Assembly: GCA_026387835.1 (NCBI GenBank)
Contig: JAPLKZ010000010.1
Span: forward strand, 296,379-328,378
DNA length: 32,000 nt
Reading direction: 5' to 3'
DNA from: Candidatus Saganbacteria bacterium
GTDB taxonomy: Bacteria > Margulisbacteria > WOR-1 > JAKLHX01
Positions 6,872 through 14,916 of this stretch are shown one piece after another. The number at the start of each line of letters is the position of its first letter. Within the stretch, counting starts at the first letter, position 1. A program made the position numbers and the translations under genes. The notes beneath the pieces are model-generated. The model had not been told where the DNA came from, searched no databases, and was given only the letters and a program-made list of their open reading frames with translations.

Positions 6872-7687
6872 TTATAGAACATTTTCGACAAGTTCGATCA
6901 TCGGGTAATTTTCTTTGAACTCTTTATGATTAGTTGCCTTTATTTTTTCGGTTTCATTGGCATGAAGAAGATAATATCTACACTTGTCGGCAAGGCCTTC
7001 ATACGCAAAAGACTTAAAAGACACTTTTTCGTAAGGATTAATATCGGATTCTTCCGCCACGATAAAACATTTGTTGTTCAACAGATAAGATATTCTCGGC
7101 GCTTCAAATATTTTTGCATCATAAAAATGCATGCTCAGGGCGATCCTGGTCCTTGCGATGATTTCATCTCTTTCTTTGCCGTATACCCCGAAAAGCACCT
7201 TGACGTTTATGTTCTTAAGTTCGTCCAGTACTTTTTTTCTTCTTTCGTTGATGCTCCCGTAGAACAGGACATCGATGTCTTTGTTGTTGCCGGCATCCGG
7301 AATTAATTCGAGTTTTTCATGGTAGCCGACTGGCAGATATTTTGCTTTAAGGCCTCTTTCGTTCAACCGCTTAATGTTCTCCAAAGAATAATCCCATATC
7401 TCAAATGCGTTCTCCAAAAGTTTTTTCTGGTTTTCGCTGTCCCAGCCCCCTTCCGCACCTATCTGCTCAAATTGATATGGGATATATTTTATTTCTTTCA
7501 TCCCGTCATTAAATGGGATAAGGTGATAGCCCAAAACAATATTGGTTTTTTCTTTGTTCAGATAGTTTTCTTTTATCTCTGCTGCTATTCCGAGCGAATC
7601 AAAAGAGCTTTTAAGTAGTAATGCTATTTCGTCAAAGCATTTTGCGTGAATATAACCATCCGGATGAATGAGACAGATATTATACAT
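6872..7687 (-). CDS. hypothetical protein with glycosyltransferase-family-1-like C-terminal half (CgeB / Glyco_trans_1_2-like)
   Basis: DIDVLFYGSINERRKKVLDELK...VLFGVYGKERDEIIARTRIALSMHFYDAKIFEAPRISYLLNNKCFIVAEES resembles the GT1-type C-terminal module, by recollection only. Its ATG directly abuts the fprA stop (TAAATG). The gene is AT-rich. Confidence 0.4.
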   Translation of the reverse strand: MYNICLIHPDGYIHAKCFDEIALLLKSSFDSLGIAAEIKENYLNKEKTNIVLGYHLIPFNDGMKEIKYIPYQFEQIGAEGGWDSENQKKLLENAFEIWDYSLENIKRLNERGLKAKYLPVGYHEKLELIPDAGNNKDIDVLFYGSINERRKKVLDELKNINVKVLFGVYGKERDEIIARTRIALSMHFYDAKIFEAPRISYLLNNKCFIVAEESDINPYEKVSFKSFAYEGLADKCRYYLLHANETEKIKATNHKEFKENYPMIELVENVL

Positions 7688-8863
7688 TTATAGTGTTTTA
7701 TGTTTTTCTGCTATATTTTCTGCAAGTTCCTGTATCAGCTTATGATCATTCTCTTTAGGATATCCTTTTATTATTACCGGCTCTATCAGTTCCACTTTCA
7801 AATTAGTCAATTGTCCTGTTATTGTCTCGACAAGCTTGCTGCCCCAGCCGAATGAACCGATAAGTGAAGCAAATCTTGTCTTTGGCCTCAGAGCGTTTGC
7901 GAGATAAGCGGCATAGACCGCCAGCGGATGCGCCTGCGCAAGCACAGCAGGAGCCCCTATTACAACAGTTGCCGCATCTACTAAGGACATTGCAAGTTCT
8001 CCGATATCTGTCTTCGGGATATTGAACGGTTTTACTGTGATGCCCTTTTTAGTCAGCTCGTCCGTTAATATCTCTACCATCTTTTGGACACTGCCGTGCA
8101 TGGAAACATAGGGTATCACGACTTCATTGGCAACTTTGTCCGATATCCAGTCTTTATAAGCTTCGATTATGAACTTAGGGGTCTGATAGACCGGACCATG
8201 GCTTGGACAGATCATGTTAATTTCGTATGAGGCAAGTTTTTCAATATGGCCTTTGATACTCACTCTGAATGGCATCATTATCTCCGCATAATATCTTTTT
8301 GCGCTTTTATATACATCCGCTTCGTTCTCAACAAAAAGGCCTGACTGCGCTCTGTGGGAACCGAGAAAATCGCACGGGAATAATATCTTATCTTCTCTAA
8401 GATATGAAAATATCGTTTCCGGCCAGTGTACCCACGAAGCATGGATGAACTCCAGCGTCTTGTTCCCCAGGGAAATCGTCTCTTTATCTTTTACCGTTAT
8501 TATTCTGTCTTCAGCGGCAAGAGAAAGATCCACAAGCATCCCTTTGCACTTCTCGCTCGAGATGACCTTTGCCTTCGGGAACCATTCAAGTGCATTCGGG
8601 ATCGAACCTGAATGGTCCTGCTCGGCATGATTGCAGATGATATAATCAATATTTTTTATTCCTAAAGATGTCAGATTTTCTTTGAGGGTTGCTGTCTTTG
8701 TTGGATCGACTGTATCAATAAGAACGGTCTTTTCACTGCCCTTGATCAGATAAGAGTTATAGCTCGTGCCGTCGGGAAGCGGTATCAGCTCATCAAAAAG
8801 CCTTCTGTCCCAGTCGACCGCGCCAACCGCGAAGATATCATCTTTTATTTTCTGTGCCGCCAT
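7688..8863 (-). CDS. fprA: flavodiiron protein (A-type flavoprotein, rubredoxin:O2/NO oxidoreductase)
   Basis: N-terminus VGAVDWDRRLFDELIPLPDGTSYNSYLI, a metallo-beta-lactamase-like H.E.DH motif (CNHAEQDHSG) and a C-terminal flavodoxin-like domain. Confidence 0.9.
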   Translation of the reverse strand: MAAQKIKDDIFAVGAVDWDRRLFDELIPLPDGTSYNSYLIKGSEKTVLIDTVDPTKTATLKENLTSLGIKNIDYIICNHAEQDHSGSIPNALEWFPKAKVISSEKCKGMLVDLSLAAEDRIITVKDKETISLGNKTLEFIHASWVHWPETIFSYLREDKILFPCDFLGSHRAQSGLFVENEADVYKSAKRYYAEIMMPFRVSIKGHIEKLASYEINMICPSHGPVYQTPKFIIEAYKDWISDKVANEVVIPYVSMHGSVQKMVEILTDELTKKGITVKPFNIPKTDIGELAMSLVDAATVVIGAPAVLAQAHPLAVYAAYLANALRPKTRFASLIGSFGWGSKLVETITGQLTNLKVELIEPVIIKGYPKENDHKLIQELAENIAEKHKTL

Positions 8864-8875
8864 TATATTGCTCCT

Positions 8876-9808
8876 TTACTTTATACCTAATATTATAAGC
8901 CACACAGGCAGGTATATCACCGAAAGAACTGAAGAAATGATCGTCAGCGTCGCGATCAAACCTTTGTAAAAATCATACCTTTCACTGAACACTATCATTG
9001 ATACCGCGACCGGCATTGCGTTCATGAGCAATGCAATGTTTTTTTCTGGCCCATTAAGGTTGAAATATACGCATGCCGCCAGTGCAACCAGTGGCAGAAT
9101 AATTATTCTGAGAAGGCTCAGCACAAACGCGGCAGGGACGCTTTCAAGTCTTTTGCCGAACATGACCATGCCCAGCATGAACAGGGCCACGGTCGCTGTG
9201 GTGCCGCCAAGCATATGAAGCGTCTGGGAAAGAGGAGAAAACATCCTCACTTTTAAAAGCGCCATGATAAACCCGGCGAAGATGGATATTATAAGAGGGT
9301 TCTTGTAAAATACCGAGATCAGCCTTTTTATTCCGCCCAAAAAGGATATCCGCCCCATTTTATACAGTTCCAGTACCAGCACAGTCAAAATAACGCCCGG
9401 TATCGCGATCGCGGCGACAGACAGGACCGCCAATTTCTCCGCGACCAGCGTTGGGAACGCGAACATAATAAAAGGGATCCCGAAAAATGCCGTGCTCCCG
9501 AAGGCAGTACAGAATATCAGAAGATAGAGAAGTTCCTTTTTGAACCTGAAGATTAAGAATAATAATAAATAGAAGGCGGCAATGATCATTGTCGGCAGAG
9601 CGCAAGCGATCATAAAATTGAGCGTACTCTGGTTAAATTCGGTTTCGGCAATGTTTACGAACAGAAGCGCCGGAAGCGCAAAATAATAAACATAGGAACT
9701 GAAAGATCTGTCATCTTCCTTCTTGAATATCTTAAATGCTTTTGACAGATACCCCAGAAGTATCAGCAAAATTATCGGCAGCAATGTCCTTATGATTATC
9801 TCTGCCAT
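8876..9808 (-). CDS. AEC (auxin efflux carrier) family permease
   Basis: 310 aa with about 10 hydrophobic segments. The N-terminus LLPIILLILLGYLSK...F.......Y.ALPALLF is typical of the AEC membrane-transport family. Confidence 0.7.
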   Translation of the reverse strand: MAEIIIRTLLPIILLILLGYLSKAFKIFKKEDDRSFSSYVYYFALPALLFVNIAETEFNQSTLNFMIACALPTMIIAAFYLLLFLIFRFKKELLYLLIFCTAFGSTAFFGIPFIMFAFPTLVAEKLAVLSVAAIAIPGVILTVLVLELYKMGRISFLGGIKRLISVFYKNPLIISIFAGFIMALLKVRMFSPLSQTLHMLGGTTATVALFMLGMVMFGKRLESVPAAFVLSLLRIIILPLVALAACVYFNLNGPEKNIALLMNAMPVAVSMIVFSERYDFYKGLIATLTIISSVLSVIYLPVWLIILGIK

Positions 9809-9820
9809 AGATTTCCCGTT

Positions 9821-10342
9821 TCAGCTCTTCAGCTCTTCAGCGCTAATATATGTCGGCGCCGTTTTCGGGGATTTTCCTTTTAAATACTCATGATAATAGG
9901 AATATGTCATTGGTTCTTTATCGGATAACACCCTTGAATCTGTGATCTCGCCGATGAATAGCGTATGTGTCCCGACATCAAGAGATTTTACAACCTTTCC
10001 TTCAAGGCTTGCGACGGCAAAATCAAGCACGATAGGAACTTTTGAGGTGCCTGTTTCATATTTTGTATCCTTAAATTTATCGGTATCTCTTCCACTTTTA
10101 AATCCGAACTTCCCGATGAATATCATCGGAGTTTCCTGCGACAGGACCGAGACAGAAAATATTCCGCTTGAAGAGATGAATTCATGTGTCAGGTTCTGTT
10201 TATTTATACAAACCGCTATCTGCACTGGCTCCGACGTCACCTGGAATACCGTGTCGGCTATCTGACCGTTGATGTTGCCGTCTTTAGTCGAACAGACGAC
10301 ATACATGCCGTATGACAATTTACGAAGGGCTGAAGTGTCCAT
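9821..10342 (-). CDS. flavin reductase-like FMN-binding domain protein (likely NAD(P)H:rubredoxin-type reductase module)
   Basis: LSYGMYVVCSTKDG..NGQIADTVFQVTSEP..IAVCINK.N.THE.I..SG.FSVSVL and GTHTLFIGEI match the flavin-reductase-like domain, as found in the N-terminus of Moorella Hrb. No SD. TAAAAT lies 6 nt upstream of the ATG. Confidence 0.75.
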   Translation of the reverse strand: MDTSALRKLSYGMYVVCSTKDGNINGQIADTVFQVTSEPVQIAVCINKQNLTHEFISSSGIFSVSVLSQETPMIFIGKFGFKSGRDTDKFKDTKYETGTSKVPIVLDFAVASLEGKVVKSLDVGTHTLFIGEITDSRVLSDKEPMTYSYYHEYLKGKSPKTAPTYISAEELKS

Positions 10343-10400
10343 GGATATATTTTACTACATAAGATGGCGGCATTGAGTATTAACGGCGGGTTATTTATTT

Positions 10401-10436
10401 CCAACAAAAAGGCCCTGTTTTTTAAGCAGAGCCTTT
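10401..10436 (-). terminator. rho-independent terminator after the isomerase gene
   Basis: The minus-strand RNA aaaggcucug-cuuaaaaaa-cagggccuuu forms a 10-bp stem including one G.U, followed by uuguugg. It lies 56 nt downstream of the stop at 10493. Confidence 0.6.
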
Positions 10437-10492
10437 CGTTTAACTTACGGACACGACAGAGAGGGCAGGTGTAGTCGCGCCCGCGTTGGGAC

Positions 10493-11848
10493 TTAATTTT
10501 CCGTCGCGTCCAGCCCCGCAACGATCTTCTCGAACTTCGCCATCGCCTTTGTGCCTTCCGGAGTACCGGCCCTTCTTATGGCCAAGAGGTACCACTGCAG
10601 CGCAGCGTTGCCTCCGCCCATCTGATCATTTACCGCTTTCATCAGTTTTTCATGCGGATGCCTTCTTGCCTGACTGAATGCAGCTGTCAGCTGAGTATAA
10701 TTGATATCCAGGGCCTCGCTTAATGGCATTCTTAGTGGGTTGATGTCCGGCGTATTCACGCCTTTGTATCCTGCCATCTGAAGCGCCCATGCAATCGGTT
10801 CGATCATATCAAATTCATAAGCCCCTACGTTGTCATCGATATCATAATTTCCTTTCGGCTGACCGTTCCAGTGTATGCAGAACAACCTTGAATCCATCAG
10901 GCAATCCATGAATGCAGCTGGCAGATTTTCAAATCCCATCTGCATGTGTCCGATCTCCGGGGTCATTCCTACCATTCTGATCCCATGATCAAGCAATGCC
11001 CTGTTGGTTGAACTGGTAAGCCTTAATTCAATTGCCCTGGCAAATGTCAGTCCTTTTGCCGTGGAATCCATATGGTTAACGCCTCTTGGCTCATATGGTT
11101 TCGGTTCCTTTGTAGCCTGCTGCCCGGGCACCGCATCCATTGCATCTGCTGTCGCACCGGCTATCATATCCCTGACCCATTTGTAGTTGCAACCGAATGT
11201 ATTTTCTACCCCGTCTATACCATACCAGTGGTTTACGGTCGGGATCCCCAAAAGATCTGCCATCTGGAAAGTTTCAAGCTGCCTTCTTCTGGCAAATTCC
11301 CTTATCGCCTTGTTCGTGTTGGTCAAGGAGCCGTGCTGGAAGATCGCATCAGCAAAAAGGAGAGGAACTATCGAATCCACCCCAATGCCGGTTTTTTGCA
11401 TCATCTCTACCCATTTTACAACGTTTTGAGGACCAAGCTCTCCTGGATAGTGGCACTGCAGGGATATTTTAACGCCGATTTGTTTCTGCATCGCTGCCGT
11501 TCTCTCAAAGATCCACTGAACCCACTGGTCGCTCCCTTTCTCACCGCCGCAGAGTTCCTTTACATCTTCGTATCCGGCATGGAATCTTGTTCCGCTCTTT
11601 GGATAATACCAGACGCCCGCCGAAGCATTAAGCGGGATCTCATGTGTCGACATTAATTTGATCCGATCTTTCCCTGTTAATGCTAAATTAACCGCCTGAT
11701 GCCTTGTATCGATCACCTCTCTGTCCGCTACAAAACGCATCCCCAATCTTTGTCTTAGGGGTGCATTTACTTCTCTTACATTTGCCGGAAGCCCCAATGC
11801 TTTCGCGCTTATTTCTGATGGTGCCGGGATCACTAATTTAACTCCCAT
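10493..11848 (-). CDS. xylose-isomerase-like TIM-barrel sugar isomerase (divergent, substrate unknown)
   Basis: Collinear motif pattern with xylose isomerase: W.G.DG.E, KEPKPYEP (cf. IEPKPQEP), EIGHMQM (cf. NIEANHATLAGH), HWNGQPKGNYDIDDNVG (cf. VDANRGD..LGWDTDQF), AGYKG. AAGGAG SD. Confidence 0.6.
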   Translation of the reverse strand: MGVKLVIPAPSEISAKALGLPANVREVNAPLRQRLGMRFVADREVIDTRHQAVNLALTGKDRIKLMSTHEIPLNASAGVWYYPKSGTRFHAGYEDVKELCGGEKGSDQWVQWIFERTAAMQKQIGVKISLQCHYPGELGPQNVVKWVEMMQKTGIGVDSIVPLLFADAIFQHGSLTNTNKAIREFARRRQLETFQMADLLGIPTVNHWYGIDGVENTFGCNYKWVRDMIAGATADAMDAVPGQQATKEPKPYEPRGVNHMDSTAKGLTFARAIELRLTSSTNRALLDHGIRMVGMTPEIGHMQMGFENLPAAFMDCLMDSRLFCIHWNGQPKGNYDIDDNVGAYEFDMIEPIAWALQMAGYKGVNTPDINPLRMPLSEALDINYTQLTAAFSQARRHPHEKLMKAVNDQMGGGNAALQWYLLAIRRAGTPEGTKAMAKFEKIVAGLDATEN

Positions 11849-11975
11849 TGTTCCTTCTCCTTATTTATAATTTATCTTTCGGGTTTCATATGAAGACCTC
11901 ACAAAAAATCTTTTTATTTTGGATTTGTTCCCTCCTTTTCAATTATTATATCTGCTTCGAAAACTCTACATTCTT

Positions 11976-12003
11976 CTATCGAACGCCTTTTCCGGAAATT
12001 TCA
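11976..12003 (-). promoter_or_regulatory. ECF-sigma-like promoter motif, copy D: TGAAAT-N16-CGATAG (upstream of isomerase)
   Basis: Minus strand reads TGAAATttccggaaaaggcgttCGATAG. It overlaps the stop codon of the mutarotase-like gene and lies 127 nt upstream of the isomerase ATG. Confidence 0.45.
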
Positions 12004-13167
12004 CTTCATTTTTGACAGCAGGTATTTTTCGACCAGAGCCTTCGGGTCATTGACCTGATCTGTCTGTATTGCGTCAATAAAAAGTTTTGCCGGATAAAAT
12101 GTGTTCTTGGGCCTGGCCGTTTCAAATGTATCGATGCCGGACAACTGCGCCAGCGCGACTGACTTTTGTATCCCCAGAGGAAATGGGGTGTTGGACGGCT
12201 CGAGCCCCAACACCTGAGTCCTGGGTATTTTCCCGTCTGTTGACCACGGTGTCGCTGTCTTTGATCTGTTCTCTATCCACCTTGCCAAGAACGGCGCATC
12301 CTCTCTTTTCCATGCTGCCATCATCGCTATTCCGAGCTTCGGGTTGTGAAGAAGGAACCATGCGTATTTCAGGTCCTTGGGAAATACCTGGGCAGTAAAA
12401 TCACTCTGCGACATTATGTTTTCGGCCGGGCTGAACGTCGACAGGTTTATGAGCGCTCCTGTCTTGCACAATCCAAAAGGCCAGACTTCTTCACCGCCTT
12501 CTTTCAGGAACTGGCTTGCGCCTCCGAAATCACCCGGAAAATTATGCACGCTTGTCCCATACGGGAGATAAAGTCTGGATGCGAGAGCGAAAGCGCCGAA
12601 ATTCATGTGTTCCGCCCATGTGATATTCTTATTTTTGTCGTCCTTGTTCTCGCATGATGTGCATATTTCAACAGATGTTCCTCCGGGAACGAACTGGAAT
12701 CTTCTTGCCACGGACCAGCCGGTTATAGGTAGTTCCGCCTGAAGGACCATTGCTGTTTCACCAGAAAGGGACCTGTTTAATGTCCATGGAACAATGTTAG
12801 CTTCGCTGTGCAGTCCACCTGTTTCTTCCATCTTTCCCGGGCCGAATGCCGGAAAGCAGAACGATGAGCCTCCGACTGACGCGCAGCGTTTCCTCACGTC
12901 CCTGCCGCCGTACTCGTCGAAAGCGGGATCGTCCAGCCCGACTTGTTGCGGATCATGCAGTTCCCACGGCGCTTGCCAGAGTATATTTGTCAATTCTCCA
13001 TTCCTGTTAAGGACGCTATAACGTCCGATATTGCCGCCGCCTGCAAAAACGGAAAATTCCATGGCAAGCGCGTTTGAAAGAAACCCTTTCGGTCGGAATG
13101 ATTGTGCCCGGAATCCTATCCTCGCTCTAAATGTATCGCCTGAAGAAAAATCTATCCTATTTCCCAT
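12001..13167 (-). CDS. aldose-1-epimerase (galactose mutarotase)-like fold protein
   Basis: Track ORF 12001..13218. The start is probably ATG 13167 (MGNRIDFSS), which has AAGGAG 5 nt upstream. The all-beta-looking sequence (GGLHSEANIVPW, GLEPSNTPFP) is reminiscent of the mutarotase-like/DUF4432 families. This call is weak. Confidence 0.4.
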   Translation of the reverse strand: MGNRIDFSSGDTFRARIGFRAQSFRPKGFLSNALAMEFSVFAGGGNIGRYSVLNRNGELTNILWQAPWELHDPQQVGLDDPAFDEYGGRDVRKRCASVGGSSFCFPAFGPGKMEETGGLHSEANIVPWTLNRSLSGETAMVLQAELPITGWSVARRFQFVPGGTSVEICTSCENKDDKNKNITWAEHMNFGAFALASRLYLPYGTSVHNFPGDFGGASQFLKEGGEEVWPFGLCKTGALINLSTFSPAENIMSQSDFTAQVFPKDLKYAWFLLHNPKLGIAMMAAWKREDAPFLARWIENRSKTATPWSTDGKIPRTQVLGLEPSNTPFPLGIQKSVALAQLSGIDTFETARPKNTFYPAKLFIDAIQTDQVNDPKALVEKYLLSKMK

Positions 13168-13224
13168 AATTACTCCTTTTCTTTTAATTATTATTGATTT
13201 GAAGCCACCGATTTGCACGATTTC

Positions 13225-14841
13225 CTATTTCGATGCTGCATGGGCTTTTACAAGATCTGCCCACGGTCCTTTGTCGTTCGTCGGACAATAAGTAATATTT
13301 TCCGATCCTTTTTCCAGCATATCCATTACTTGGTCACTTTCATACCCCGAGCCTATGAGCAGGGTCGCGGCATTGCCTATCGGGGCAAGAGCTTGAAAAG
13401 TTGTTGTCACGTTCATCTGTGTTACGTTCGCAAGCGCTTGTAGCATCATACGATCGTTGATCAGGCCGCCTCCCACTATGATCCCGTCCGGTGTCCGGCC
13501 GTATAATTCATTCGTCAACGCCGCGTTCTGCCCAACCGCTTTCCCCATCGCGAGCACCATTCCCAGTACAACGCTTTTAACGATCTCGGCCTGGGTGGTC
13601 GGGGCTTCCTGACCAGTATCTGAACAGAATTGTTTTACCGGGCTGATCACCGGCCCGCCTTGCCTGTATAAGAATTTTGGGCTCATGATATCTATGACCG
13701 CGGCTCCGGTATCAGGGTTATGCACACCTGCAAATAATCTTTTGAACCTGTCAGTCTGGTCTTTCAGGCCAAGTTCCGCCAGCAATGAATCTATCAGCAT
13801 TGTTCCCATCACGTTCATGACGCCAAAAGTCGCCGCTGTCCCGCCTTCAACGCCGATCTTATGTTTGTAAAGGATTTTAATCGTCTCGTCTTCAAGCCCT
13901 ACGGCATCGATAAGCGAGCATACAAGGCTCCAGGTGCCCGTAGATATGAACACATTATTACCGGTGGATAGATATTTCAGCGCGGCCACCGCACCGGCCG
14001 TGTCGTGCAATCCTGCCAGGACGACCTCGGCCTTATCGCATCCCATATCATTTAAGATCTCGGGCCTTACATCGCCCATTGACGTGCCGGTCGGCAGAAT
14101 CATCGGAAAAGCCGATACCGGTATGTCGAGCGTGTCTAAGAGCTGCTGGTTCCATCTAAGGCCGTCCCTTTTTGCACAGTTGAACACCCTGGCAAAGCTT
14201 TCTTCGGTTGCATGAACGCCTGTTAGAAAATGGTTCAGTACGTCCGGGGTCCCAAATATTCTTGCATCAGAAGGGATCTTATGTCCGGAAATTGATATGG
14301 CCGCAAGATGGAATAGATTGTATACTGTCTGCCATCCCTGTCCTGCAGACTGGCTGTGTATCATTTTAAATGCTTTTTCAAGATCACCGCCTGCGATCAT
14401 ATCCGCGATATACTGCGCTCCGGCGCTTTGACCGGGATGCGTGTACATCGTAAGCGGCGTATGGATGCTCCCGTCACCGTTCAAAATTTCAAACCCCGCA
14501 CCAAAAGTATTTACCGCGATCGTCCTCGGAATAGAACGGTCGTATCGCCGGCTCACATCGAAAAGACTTTCACTGAAACCTTTCAGAAGTCCCGCCTTAT
14601 CGATCATATGGTCTGTCACAGTAAAGGGAAATGTCGCGACTCTCTCTTTTTGAACAAAAGAGAGCTGTCCGTCTGCATTGTGGACCTCAACTGTCAGCCA
14701 TCTTCCTGTACCTGAAGCTCCAAGATCTCCGATTATCAACAATCTTTCAGGGCGCTGTTCACCGTGCATTGCTGATGGTGCTGTTTTAGGCAGGACCACG
14801 GGTGCGGTCAGTCTTATATTCCTTATTAACGGTGTTGCCAT
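13225..14841 (-). CDS. FGGY-family carbohydrate kinase (rhamnulokinase/ketose-kinase-like)
   Basis: IGDLGASGTGRW (ASKHA phosphate-1), GLHDTAGAVAAL and ISTGTWSLV (cf. RhaB GHDTASAV / SSGTWSL), GGGLINDRMMLQALAN. AAGGAG SD 8 nt upstream. Confidence 0.75.
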   Translation of the reverse strand: MATPLIRNIRLTAPVVLPKTAPSAMHGEQRPERLLIIGDLGASGTGRWLTVEVHNADGQLSFVQKERVATFPFTVTDHMIDKAGLLKGFSESLFDVSRRYDRSIPRTIAVNTFGAGFEILNGDGSIHTPLTMYTHPGQSAGAQYIADMIAGGDLEKAFKMIHSQSAGQGWQTVYNLFHLAAISISGHKIPSDARIFGTPDVLNHFLTGVHATEESFARVFNCAKRDGLRWNQQLLDTLDIPVSAFPMILPTGTSMGDVRPEILNDMGCDKAEVVLAGLHDTAGAVAALKYLSTGNNVFISTGTWSLVCSLIDAVGLEDETIKILYKHKIGVEGGTAATFGVMNVMGTMLIDSLLAELGLKDQTDRFKRLFAGVHNPDTGAAVIDIMSPKFLYRQGGPVISPVKQFCSDTGQEAPTTQAEIVKSVVLGMVLAMGKAVGQNAALTNELYGRTPDGIIVGGGLINDRMMLQALANVTQMNVTTTFQALAPIGNAATLLIGSGYESDQVMDMLEKGSENITYCPTNDKGPWADLVKAHAASK

Positions 14842-14873
14842 GTTCTTTTCTCCTTTTTGTCATCCACAGGATC

Positions 14874-14901
14874 TTATCGATACGATATTCCCCAAATTTC
14901 A
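14874..14901 (-). promoter_or_regulatory. ECF-sigma-like promoter motif, copy C: TGAAAT-N16-CGATAA (upstream of FGGY kinase)
   Basis: Minus strand reads TGAAATttggggaatatcgtatCGATAA, 32 nt upstream of ATG 14841. Confidence 0.45.
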
Positions 14902-14916
14902 CGCAATTGTTAATTC

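Noticed and set aside
11072-11656. 194-aa plus-strand ORF, plus neighbours at 11004-11472
   Set aside because: Antisense to the isomerase gene, with no SD and no recognisable motif. Typical shadow ORFs of a GC-richer gene.
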